64,000 bases of DNA from Octopus bimaculoides (lineage: Eukaryota). The DNA lies in NCBI RefSeq assembly GCF_001194135.2, contig NC_068983.1, forward strand, positions 84,453,147 to 84,517,146, in the 5' to 3' direction. This document shows positions 40,490-52,206 of the stretch, in pieces; position 1 is the stretch's first letter, and each line of letters opens with the position of its first letter. The translations under genes were made by a program, and so were the position numbers. The notes below the pieces were generated by a model. It saw nothing but the letters and a program-made list of their open reading frames with translations, made no database searches and was not told where the DNA came from.

Positions 40490-40875
40490 GACCTTGATTT
40501 AGTGCCCACTGACATTGCTGCTGGTCTTCTTCTACTCCAAAGGAGACAGACTCAACGAAAACATTTAGTTGTCAGCAGACCAAGCCAACCATCCAAAAGT
40601 CGAAAGTCTAGAGAGGCTGTAAACAGGGAAACAGGTCGAATTCTTGTTTCTGGTGAAGGCAGTGAAAGTAGTGAATCTAGCCCAACACATGCAAGTTCTA
40701 TAAATGATGGTGGCTGTCCTGAGTCTATGTCATCTTCAACTGTATTGCCTAAAGGATGGATGCATTTAGGTGCAATTAAGTATTATATGAAATTTGCCAT
40801 GGCTATGTATGGCTGGCCACTTTATCTGTTTATAAACACTTGTACTGGTGGCTTGCGATTATGTCCCTTCTACAG
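40490..40875 (+). CDS. DAGLB: DAGL exon 5 (DLDLVPTDIAAGLLLL...YYMKFAMAMYGWPLY...)
   Basis: gtatttcag acceptor, 386 nt, AG|gtaaga donor; hallmark DAGL motifs. Confidence 0.96.
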
Positions 40876-42013
40876 GTAAGAAATTATTTAAGAGTTTTTG
40901 TTTTCAATAACTTCATTAGTTTTGTGAAAGCAAGTCAATACTTTAAAATTTTTCTTAACATTATTGAGGAGATCACATGACTTAAAGATACATTTCATTA
41001 AATAAAATACACAACAAAAGCAACATTTAGAACCATTATTTTTATTATGCTTTGTGGAATTTGATCTGGCTATTTATGTTTTGAGTCCAAATCCACCAAG
41101 TCGGTTTTGCCTTTCATCTCTCAAGGGTTCACAATATTGACTAATACTCTCTCCACAACATCATTGGCCTTGTATCTAAATTAAGAAATAATTATTAAGG
41201 GCAGTGAGCTGGCAGAATCATTAATGTCAGAAAAAATTGTTGCTTTGTGGTATTTTTTCCTGCTCTTTCAGTTCACAGTTCAAATTTTTCCAAGGTAAAC
41301 TTTGCCTTTCATCCCTCCAGTGTTGATAAAATAAAGTACCAGTCAAATACTATAGCCTTGGGCCTACCAGTGCCAGTGAATTTAGTTGATGGAAACTGTA
41401 GGAAAACTTTCATATTTATGTGTATATATTCATATAAGTGTGTGCATGCATGTGCACATGAATATGTATGAATGTTGAAATTCCATGGTTTCACTAGTCA
41501 CCACTTGATGTTTATATTCCTTGTTGACATTATGAATGGTCATTCTATGCTTTCGAAAATGTGACATAAAACAAAAATTTGTTACTTGAAAAATCCAACC
41601 TCAATTGATCCTAGTCCAACTCATGCTAGCATGGAAAAATGGATGTAAACAAGTGAATGATAACAACTATTCTTTTTTTACACAAGGTCATTGTTGTTTT
41701 GTTAATAAGCGAAACAAAAATGACTAAGTTACCCTTATGCTTTATTTATTTAGTATATATATTTTTTCTTACATTTATTACAATTGTTGCTAAAGGTGGT
41801 ACGTATTAACCTCTGTGAGGTTAAAATCAAAATTACATTTGTCATTGTCTATTTGGTTCAGTTATGAAAAGTACAATTTTTTTAGCATTATTTTTGTTAC
41901 AACCCTTCTATAGCGGAAGACACTTACTCAACGTGTCACAGTGTAGGACTAAACTCAAAACCATGTGGTTGGGAAGCAACCGTCTTCACCACACAGCCAC
42001 ATCTGTACTTATA

Positions 42014-42070
<57 letters not shown>

Positions 42071-42246
42071 CCGTGCTAGCCTGGATTAAGCAAATATTTT
42101 ATTGANNNNNNNNNNNNNNNNNNNNNNNNNNNNNNNNNNNNNNNNNNNNNNNNNNNNNNNNNNNNNNNNNNNNNNNNNNNNNNNNNNNNNNNNNNNNNNN
42201 NNNNNNNNNNNNNNNNNNNNCAGCAGTTGTAAACAAATATGAAGGC

Positions 42247-42554
42247 ATTATTTACATTATTTACATTTGACGGATATTTGTCCTCATCTTGTTTGTTTGG
42301 CGTAGTGGTTAAGAGCGCAGGCTACTAGCCCCAAGGTTCCGAGTTCGATTCACGGCAGCGACCTGATTAATAATAGTAATAATAATAATAATATAATAAT
42401 AGTAACATCGTTAGAAATGAGAACCCAGGTTCGAAAATTCCCCAAGACACCTGACGAAGGCTGGAGGGTATATCAGCCGAAACGTTGTGTTGACAACAAA
42501 CAAGATGAGGACAAATATCCGTCAAATGTAAATAATGTAAATAATGTAAATAAT
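42247..42554 (+). mobile_element. tRNA-headed SINE with hammerhead-like motif and 5' inverted copy of its 3' end
   Basis: A box tggcgtagtgg, B box gagttcgattc, (TAA)n spacer, CUGACGA-A-GGCUG..CAGCC-GAAA core; 42247-42297 is the exact reverse complement of 42495-42545. Confidence 0.8.
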
Positions 42555-43307
42555 TCCTCATCTCTTAAATATAGAACTGTAAATATGAAGACATATACAT
42601 GCACATACACATCTATTAATCAATCCACTCATCCATCCATTGTGTCAGTCAATCTGTCAATTGGACTTTGTTTTTAGTTTCTGTCTACCGTATTCACTCA
42701 CAAGGCATTGATTGGCCTGGGGTTATTGTGTGACTAAATCTGAAACCATGTGATTGCAAAGTGAACTTCTCAACAAAGCACCAAACTTCTTAGTAATACA
42801 ACAAAGTTCTTACCCCCCCCCCCAAACCCCCAAAACAAAACCAAAAAACCCCTACTTGTTTTTGTTTTTAAGGCAGGATTGTATTTAACGGTCAGATACT
42901 TCTGTTAATGCCAACCGTTACCTGTTTTTCAGGTAAGGTCCCTATCGCAAATGATGTCATAATTGAACTTAGCTCTCAGATCCTCTTAGGAGAAATCTAG
43001 CTGTGCTCTGTTGTGCCCACTTCTTCAAGGATACTTTAAGTTTGTATGTCACCAAATTGTTGCCCCTGAAGACTATCCTTCATTGGATTGAACAGATAGA
43101 AGTTAGAGGTCATCAGATCTGGGCTGTCCAGTGGATCGGGTGCCACTGCTCAATCCAGTGATTGCAGATTGCTTGATTTGTTGCCAAGTAATTATGTCAG
43201 TTTGATGTCTTTATTATTCTTATTGATAACACTTATTAATTTTGAAATATAAAAAAAGAAAAGGATAGTTTTTATTTTTACATTTAATTTTATTTTTTGT
43301 ATTGCAG

Positions 43308-43446
43308 ATGTTGTGCCCACTGTAGTAAAGCAGCTGAAGAAGAGCATGTAACTGGAGACAATTGTTGTTTATGTAATTTAGCTGCAGTGAAAAAGTTCAT
43401 TGAATTCACTGATGCTGAAATCATTCATGTTTCTTTCCGTGATGAG
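43308..43446 (+). CDS. DAGLB: DAGL exon 6 (CCAHC...GDNCCLCN...IIHVSFRDE)
   Basis: attgcag acceptor, 139 nt, GAG|gtaaat donor; DNCC-x-CN and IHVSF motifs. Confidence 0.94.
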
Positions 43447-43527
43447 GTAAATAAGGATGAGCTTAATATTTCCTGAATGATTTAACATCTCTTGAACATT
43501 CTACCTCTGAATCTTTATTAAAACAGT

Positions 43528-43992
43528 ATTCTTTTCTACTCTAAGCACAAGGCCTGAAATTTTTGGGGAGGGGGCTAGTCGATTAGATCAACCCCAGTAT
43601 GCAACTGGTACTTAATTCATCAACCCTGAAAGCATGAAAGGCAAAGTTGACCTCAGCGGAATTTGAACTCAGAATACAAAGACAGACGAAATACCACTAA
43701 GCATTTCGCCCAGCATGCTAACGCTTCTGCCAGCTCACCACCTTTTTATTAAAACAATATTACCACTTAGAAAGTGGTGAGCTGGCAGAATTGTTAGCAT
43801 GCTGAACAAAATGCTTAGTGGTATTTTGTCTGTCTTTACATTCTGTGTTCAAATTCTGTCAAGTTCAACTTTGCCTTTCATCCTATCAGGGTTGATAAAA
43901 TAAGTACCAGTTGAGCACTGGGGTCAATGTAGTTGACTACCCCATCCCCTGAACTTGCTGGCCTTGTGCTAAAATTTGAAACCAATATTATT
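43528..43992. mobile_element. Head-to-head inverted pair of SINEs downstream of DAGL exon 6
   Basis: Copy on the - strand at 43528-43744 and on the + strand at 43771-43992, same family, ~26-nt spacer. Confidence 0.88.
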
Positions 43993-45273
43993 ACTTAGTG
44001 CTCTGTTCTATAGTTTACAATGTAATTTCTTTGGCATTTTTCTATAACTACTGCTTTTCTTAAATTTCAGTGATCTCTTTTTCAGAAAGGTAGTAGAAAG
44101 AGATTTTTCAATTTGACATCCTTTATTGAAATGATAGAGAAATTGACACATGTCTCTTCTATTTTTTAGCCTGCTGATTAGTTGCTATATTAGAAAATTT
44201 AAATAAAACTAAAGACATTGGTTTACCTATCACCCATGAATTCAGACATGTCTGAATTCTATAGCATGGAGTTTGTAAGATTTACAATAACTAGTTAGAG
44301 TTCTAAAAGTTTAAAATTTTTAACTAGTTCAGAGACATAGAGCTTACAATTGTGAGCTATTACTTGGAATTTACAATCATTACTTCATCCTCCAAAAAGT
44401 GCAATTTTTAATTAGTAATTCATAGTAAATAAGCCAGTTAGAGTACAATGTTATTATAGGCAGAAAATTTCAGGTTAACCAATTCAACATTGAAAAATTA
44501 ACCACCAGGAGATGTGCAAACTGAACATCAGAGAATATTGAAGTGTTAGGTGGCTATAAGGAACAATTTTCATCATTCTGCATTCAAGCATGGTACTACA
44601 CTAGACATTTCAGGTTATAGTGTGTGAAAAATATTTATCTGGATTATATTTTCATCTTTTATGATTATGAAAAAAGAAAATATGATTAGGAAAGCAGGAA
44701 ATCATTTGAAGACAACAGGCTCACTATGTAAATGAATGGCATGGTTCTTCTTATGATTAATGTAATACATTTTCATTTGGTTGTATCTATAAGAAAAACT
44801 GACTATGGTCATACAGTAATGTATGACAACTTCATGATTGTCTCTTTCAATGTGTGACATTGTGATACTGTATGGCAAATTTTGGAATGTATATACTCAT
44901 ATTTCTTTGATGAGGGTGGAGATGCAGTTATAGGGAATTCTGATTGCTATGCATTCATGTTGTAAAATTTCCTTTTTCTTGAATTAAATATGGCATTAGA
45001 GTAAGAGCTTCCATGTGCATGTTTCAAAATGTTTGCAGATAATGTCATTTCCTGGTGTAGTGCCATGTCAAGCCTTGCCAGATTGCTTGACATTTATGTT
45101 TGTCAAATAGCTGTGCACACTGGGTGACCTGAAAGTTGTTATTTATCAGAAAATTGTGGCAGTACCTCAAGACATGCAGTGATGTATAATGTATACTGGA
45201 TAAACTTAAAGTTGATGGTTGTTAGGGAACTATAGCAGTACTTCAAGATATGACATGATGTGACATGATGTGC

Positions 45274-45720
45274 CAGTGGCACGTGAAAAGACATTCGAGC
45301 AAGATCGTTGCCAGAGCCAATGGGCTGGCCCCTATGCAGATGACATGTAAAATATACCATTTCGAGCATGGCCGTTGATCGTTACCAATGTCGCCTCCTT
45401 GGCACTTGTGCCAGTGGCATGTGAAAAGACATTTGAGCAAGATCGTTGCCAGTGCCGATGGGCTGGCTCCTGTGCCGGTGGCATGTAAAACACACCATTT
45501 CGAGCGTGGCCATCGCCAGTTCTGCCTGACTGGCCCTCATGCCGGTGGCATGTAAAACACCCACTACACTCTCGGAGTGGTTGGCGTTAGGAAGGGCATC
45601 CAGCTGTAGAAACTCTGCCAAATCAGATTGGAGCCTGGTGTCGCCTCCTGGTCCACCAGTCCTCATTCAAATCGTCCAACCCATGCTAGCATGGAAAGCG
45701 GACGTTAAACGATGATGATG
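45274..45720 (+). mobile_element. RTE 3' end with resolved tandem modules and probable TSD
   Basis: Two complete modules visible without a gap; ATGATGTGC at 45265-45273 and 45721-45729. Confidence 0.8.
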
Positions 45721-45961
45721 ATGATGTGCAATGTACAACTTCAAGTATGTATATGAAACAGCAGGAAGTGTTATTTTCAAGACTTAATGAATGCTTACTT
45801 ATGTATTAGTTATATGTTTATAAATGGCAACCATCATTTTCCATTATTCTGTACACTTAGATGATAAAAGTTGCTAATATCCTATATTTGTCAACATTGT
45901 ATTCATTTAAAACTTTATGATTTTAAATGAAGACAATGTTTGACTAATATAAGATGGACTT

Positions 45962-46004
<43 letters not shown>

Positions 46005-46682
46005 ATGTACCCCTCACCTCCCAGCAACTATCTGCTCCTATCTCCTCTCTGTTTTCCTCTTCTCCTTTTCTTCATTCCTAACAACCTCATACGATTCCCA
46101 CTCCCAAATATTTGACCTCGTCCCTTCTTTCTCTTATTTCTCGACTGTATTATTTCTTCAAACATTTGTTTTTTCTATTCTGTTCTTCTGGCCTTACCAC
46201 TCATTTCAACTCACATCTGTGGTGATTTAATTTGGGAATCCCAAATGACAATATAACCTTCATGTAATTAAGATATTCTGATGAATAACTTATCTGAGTA
46301 CCCACTGTTAAGTAATTATTACATCAGAGGATTAGCTAGCTAAGAAATATATGTAGCCTGGATTTTACCTGTTCCACTCTCTCAATTTGAATTTTTGTTC
46401 ACATTCAGAGCAACTCTAGTTGCAAACTGTGAGCTATACAGAAACTTTCAGCATATCAAATTTCCTTGTAACTTTGATATGAGAAAAAGCGTGTAACCCT
46501 CAATACTAATAAATTGTTATTTTTCTTGACTATACGCTGTCCACTTTTTGTTTTCTTCCACGGACTGCTTGAAGCTTACAAGCTTCACACACTTGGATTC
46601 CTGGATCTTACATTTATCTATTGATATATATATATATATATATATCTTCACACATAATATTTATTACTTTTGCTATTTTCAG

Positions 46683-46766
46683 ATATTTCAACCTCCATTT
46701 TTTGTCTCAGTTGACCGTAAAAATGCTGCTGTGGTGATTGCTGTTAGAGGTACCTTGTCATTTCAG
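46683..46766 (+). CDS. DAGLB: DAGL exon 7 (IFQPPFFVSVDRKNAAVVIAVRGTLSFQ)
   Basis: ttttcag acceptor, 84 nt, CAG|gtaaat donor; lipase class 3 VRGT motif. Confidence 0.95.
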
Positions 46767-49700
46767 GTAAATATTAATTTATCTTTAATCTGGAATATAC
46801 TAAATAACTTGACTTTCAGTTAATGTCAATAATTCATTAATGTCTTCTTTTCTCTGCATTCATTATGTGTTCACAATACAATGCTTTTCTTAAATGTGTA
46901 AGAACACCTTTTCTTTTAAATCTATTGACAATAGTTTCATAAATTGGTTTTTGTATCTCTATTTATTATTAGGTAATATAGGGACATGTGCTGTAACAGT
47001 GTGTCACTGCATCTACCATATGTTGGAGATCCCCTACTCATGGTGGATGATACCTTTGTATCAATTAGGTGACAACCTTCCAACCCATGGGTCTGCATGG
47101 GTAGTTTTTGCTGGTGAGGTTTTTATGAGATCGGAGTGCAAATCCTACTTCAGCCTCTTTTAGTTTTCTTTTAAGACATGCATATGAAACACTGGGTCTC
47201 TCCTTTGGCATACTGGTCCTCACACAGCATGCTGTGTGGAAATTGGAATGCCAAAGGAATTGTTGAAAATTCAATTTAATTGAATGAATCAAAGGTGCTG
47301 TGTGGTGGGACTGAACTTGAAACCACATGGTTGAGAAGCAAACTTCTTCACCACATGCAGCTAATCTTGTAAAGAGACCCTAGTTTTTAGGTTACAGAAA
47401 TCTCCATAGAATTTCATTCTAAATTTTCCCAGTGTTCATGGTTAAAAGAAAATTGCTTGTTATCAGAAATTTATTGAACAATTCTCTGTCTTAAGTACTA
47501 TCATAATAGTCTGATATTGTCTTGTAAATTATTGACACTCTGAAAAGGAAAATTACTTTTTGTAATTATCTTATAATATTTTGTTTCTGTAATATAGCTC
47601 CTTGTTGAATACTGAGTTTATAAAGAAATGACATTCAGATAACCAATATAGTTTATGAATGGGTATAATGATCATTAATATGGTTAACTGTTGTGAAATA
47701 TAATTAATTACATTTTCTAATTATTGATGTAATCCTTCTAGAAGAATAATATTCAGTTTTTTTTTGTCAGATCTTGGGTTTACTTTTGTTAAGACATATC
47801 AAATATAATATTCTGAAAGTAACCTATATTTTGATTTCATTTTGCTCTTCACTGATGCTGAAATAGTTTAGCCTGAAGGACAACAAAACTTCTGAGATTC
47901 TTGACGAGTATCTTTTTCCTCATTGATGGGGAGTATAATAATTTTGAAATGTTTTTCGAAGGTACAGCTGTTACCTCCAAACTAGGATATTGCTTCTCAT
48001 CTGAAATTTCTTATGTATCTGTGCACTATACCTCCTCCCCACCACCAAATCACCACATCTCTGAACAGTCCTTCCTTTTTCCATCCTTTAAACTTTTGTC
48101 TTTTGTTGAATATTTTTTTCCTATCTCTTCAACAAAACTTTTCGCTCTTCTGAACTTGTTGAATTTAAGCCTATTGAATACATCTACCACATGATGTTTC
48201 CTATCCCATCAACCAGTACCATATAAATGAACTTCTACTTAGTTGCTTGGTCTACTAGAGTCTCCTTCAAACCATTCCACATTGTTTGAAAAATAAGTAA
48301 GAATTTATCAGATGATACAACTTAAGAAAAAAAATATTGTTACTACTGGAATACTGGTTGAATGATACAGATCACACTTAGCTCATCATCATCATCGTCA
48401 TCATTTAACATCAGCTTTTCAGGCTGGCATGGATTAGATAGTTCAACAAGAACTGATGAGCTAGAAGACTGTGCCAAGCTCCAATGCCTGCTTTTGCATG
48501 GTTTCTACAGCTAGTTACCTTCCCTAATGTCAACCACTTTACAGAGTGTACTAGGTGCTTTTTTCCTGACACTAGCACTAGTAAAGTCACCTAGTAATTT
48601 GGAAGACAAAACCCTTCAACTGAGTAGGAGTATAGTATGTCATAATTTGCTTGATCAAGTTTGACCTGGATCTAAACAACCGGAAATAATACTACATTAA
48701 GCAGTTTGTCCAATCTTTCTTTCCTAGATCTATATTACTTGAGCTTCCTTCATGATCATATTTTATTTTCAGTAACTAACTTTTAAGACTCTAAACTAAA
48801 CATTGACTACATTAATCTGATCTATTCAGCGGCCTAATAGTTAGGATGTTGGGATCATGATTGTCAGTGGACGATGAATGCAGAAGATTTGTAAAGACAT
48901 GAATGAAATGTGTCAGTGTGTAATGTTAGTATGCATGAAATGGCAGAGTACAAATGAACTAAGAGACAAGGGATATAAGAGGAATCAGTTGAAGTGTATT
49001 AGAGAGGAGTATGTGCTGTTATGTGTATGAAAGATGATTGCTGTGTAAAGAAATACAGGGCACTCAAAGTAGATAGAGTCTGTGGAAGAGGGACTAAGGA
49101 AGGCATGGGATGAAATGGTGAAGACTGATCTCAGGATTTTGAATCTCACACAGGAGATGATAAAAGGATTGTAATGATTAGTGACATTCAGTGCTGCAAA
49201 AGATCATTATAAATGGAATTATGGCAAAATTGAATGCTAAAAATGGTGGTAGCAATGGTGGCAGGGTATACATATCTGTGTTTGGGCATTTCACCCAATA
49301 TGTCTCTGCTAAGTTTGAATCTACTGCCACCCATGCATTCTTGTCATCTTCTCACCACACACTCACTCTTTGTTAGCTGTTTATTCTAACGATGGCAATG
49401 GATTTCTCCTATTTGTTTGACCATACTGCCCATATGGTTAAGTATGGCATTGTATCTGTCTGACCTTTTCATTTCTGACAATTATCCTCTTTCCCTTTCA
49501 CTGTATTTTTCCACCTATGTCATGAGGAATGGTTTTGAACCTATTCTTGTTCAGCTCACTGCCATCCTTAACATTCTACCACTCTTATTCATCATAGGCC
49601 TATATACCTGGATTGTACTGGATCTTATTGTATCTCATATACTCTGCTATCGCCTTTTGTGCATTACCAGTCATCACTTCCTTCCCCTGGGTCCTCTTTT

Positions 49701-49969
49701 ACCATTACCCACATCTGTTACTATCCCACACTGTCTCTCCTCCTCTACCATCCTCCCATTTCAGTCACTCTCTTTCTACTATCATACTCTTGCTCTCTTC
49801 TTCCACTCATCCTGTTTCGTCTGTCTTTGCAGTCTGCTATTCATCCTCTTGTTTATGTTGTCTTGAGTGAGTGGACAGACTGTAGAGTAGTGAGGAATCT
49901 TTAGTCTTATAGGATATAAGGCAAACTCACTGGTGTTGTCAAAGCCTATAAGAGTGGAGTGTATTGTTT

Positions 49970-50479
49970 GTAAAATATAACATGTCTTGACTGGCACAAC
50001 AATGCAGAGTGGACTATAATAACTGTTATAATTTAATTATCCATAGTCTGGTATAATAATAATATTTTGGAATACAAAAATTCCTTCTTCAGATATCACT
50101 AGGAATTGATCGAGTCACTGCTATAATCGGTTTTCCAACGGTTACTGAAATTTTTTTTCTAGAAGCATCTCTGCAGTGGTCTCACAAAGCTCCTTTTGGA
50201 ATTCTTCATGAGAAGTGCGCGAGGGTGGTCATGTCTCAAGCTTGTGTGTTGACAAATCTGCAGCACTGCTTCTAAGTTATGTATTATATGTGCAGTTTAA
50301 AACACAGTAACCGTTGGAAAACTGATTATAGCAGTGACTCGATCAATTCCTAGCAATATCTGAAGAAGGAATTTTTGTATTCTGAAATATTTTTATATCA
50401 GACTATGGATAATTAAATTATAACAGTCATTATAGTCCACTCTGCATTGTTGTGCCATTCAAAACATGTTATATTTTAC
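49970..50479. mobile_element. MITE with ~175-bp inverted arms
   Basis: 49970-50147 versus 50305-50479 are near-perfect reverse complements; cctataagagtgg is duplicated at 49945-49957 and 50479-50491. Confidence 0.85.
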
Positions 50480-50960
50480 CTATAAGAGTGGTTTTGAATC
50501 AGTACATTCAATCTGGGACCTGTAACTGTCTGTTCCTCATAAAGAAAAAAAAGAAGACTCTCATTCCCTTTGAATTTTGAGAGGACCCCCACCTCATGGG
50601 GCCCAAAAGCAGTCTTGTTCCACTTTACTAAATTTCTATTAAAGGCCCTGAGTGTTGTTGCCATGGTAAAATGTCAGTGTATTATATAAAGTGACTAGCA
50701 AATGAGTGGCAATAATATTGTTAAGTAGAGACTTTAGTCTTGATGATGACATAACATTTTCTTTAGTACTAGTATCATGATAGAATGCATACTGTATACT
50801 TTGTGAAGGGGTTGATGTTAGGAAGGGCATCAAGCTGGTGAAACCAAGCTGAAAATAGAAAGTGATTGTAAAATGATGATGATACGTTTTGTGTGAAAGA
50901 ATAATTGTTATTCTTGCGAAATTGTACTTATTGATTAATTAATCAAATTAACCAATACTA

Positions 50961-52206
50961 TTAGATTGAGTAAAAAGTAAGCAATGCTTTGAATCATGAG
51001 GAATTTGTACCGGATTTTTGCAGACTTTTGAATTTTTTTAAAACATTTTAAAACTGACATAGACTTGCCCAAATGCATCAGTACATTAACATTGATATTT
51101 TTTCACTGTTGTTACAATCATCTGAAATGGAATTGTCAAAGTGCGATATTTGAGCTATTCAACTTCAAAAAAAGATGTAAAGTAGCTGAAACTGCTTATG
51201 ATATCAATGAAACATTTGGTGAGGAAATGACCAGTGAGTGGTCAGCTCGAACATGGTTTAAACGATTTCACAGTGGAGACCTGAGCCTTGAAGATCATGA
51301 GCGTAGTGGATGCCCATCTGTCATCGATGATGGTCAATTAAAGACCATCATTGAGAAAGATTCACTTAAAGCCACCCGAGAACTGGCAGAACTTCAAGTT
51401 AGCCAGAAAACTGCCTGCAACTGTTTGTATGCAATCAGAAAATCGAAAAATCTTGACAAATGGGTACCACACGATTTGAACGAAAATCAGAAAATGTGCA
51501 GATATGAAATTTGCTTGTCGTTTCTTCTCCATAACCAGACTGATCCATCTCTTGGCCATATTGTAACTTGTGATGAAAAGTGGATTCTGTACAATAATAA
51601 AAAATGTTCTTTGCAGTGGCTGGATCAAAATGAAGCACCAAAAACCTTCCCTAAACCAGAGTTCTTCAAAAAGAAGGTTATGGTGATTGTTTGGTGTTGT
51701 ACTGCTGGACTCATCCACTATAACTTCTTAAAACATGGAAAAACCATTACTGCAGAAACATATTACCATGAAATTGCCAAAATGGACAAAAACTGCTACT
51801 CCTCCATTCCAGACTGGTCTCCTGAACAGGGTCTGTCATTCTTCATGACAATGCTTGACCACACGTTTCACTAATGACACTCCAGAAGTTGAGGGAACTT
51901 GGCTACGAAGTTCTTCCCCACTCAGCTTATTCCCCAGACCTTTCTCCTACCGACTACCACTTTTTCAAACACCTTGATGGTTTCCTGCAAGAGAAGGGGT
52001 TCAAAAATCAAACCAATGCTGAAAGTGTGTTCAAAGAGTTCACCAACTCCAGATTTTTATGTTACTGGAATAAACAAACTTGTAACTCATTGGCAAAAAT
52101 GTGTTGATTGTAATGGTACTTACTTTGATGAATAAAATTTCCACATTGTTGAAATATATTGTGATGAATTTCATGTTTCAAAACGTTTACTTTTTACTCA
52201 GCCTGA
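50961..52206 (+). mobile_element. Full-length decayed mariner (D34D)
   Basis: TA-flanked TIRs (ttagattgagtaaaaagtaa / ttactttttactcagcctga); WVPHDL, TCDEKW, HDNA*PH and YSPDLSPTDY motifs; TGA stops at 51151 and 51856 plus frameshifts. Confidence 0.93.

Larger units (their letters stand above)
15138..42220. other. Assembly gaps (N runs) at about 15138-16088, 17165-17955, 19494-19608, 21918-22001, 33293-33726, 39446-39535, 42107-42220 (plus 5381-5390)
   Basis: Direct inspection; most abut an RTE 3' UTR minisatellite or a (TA)n tract. Confidence 0.97.

Noticed and set aside
42298-42365. Possible tRNA gene
   Set aside because: The acceptor 5' strand is missing and it is embedded in a repeat with a tail; it is a SINE head.
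51065-52135. SETMAR-like host gene call
   Set aside because: TIRs, TA TSD, premature stops and frameshifts, and no SET domain: a dead mariner.
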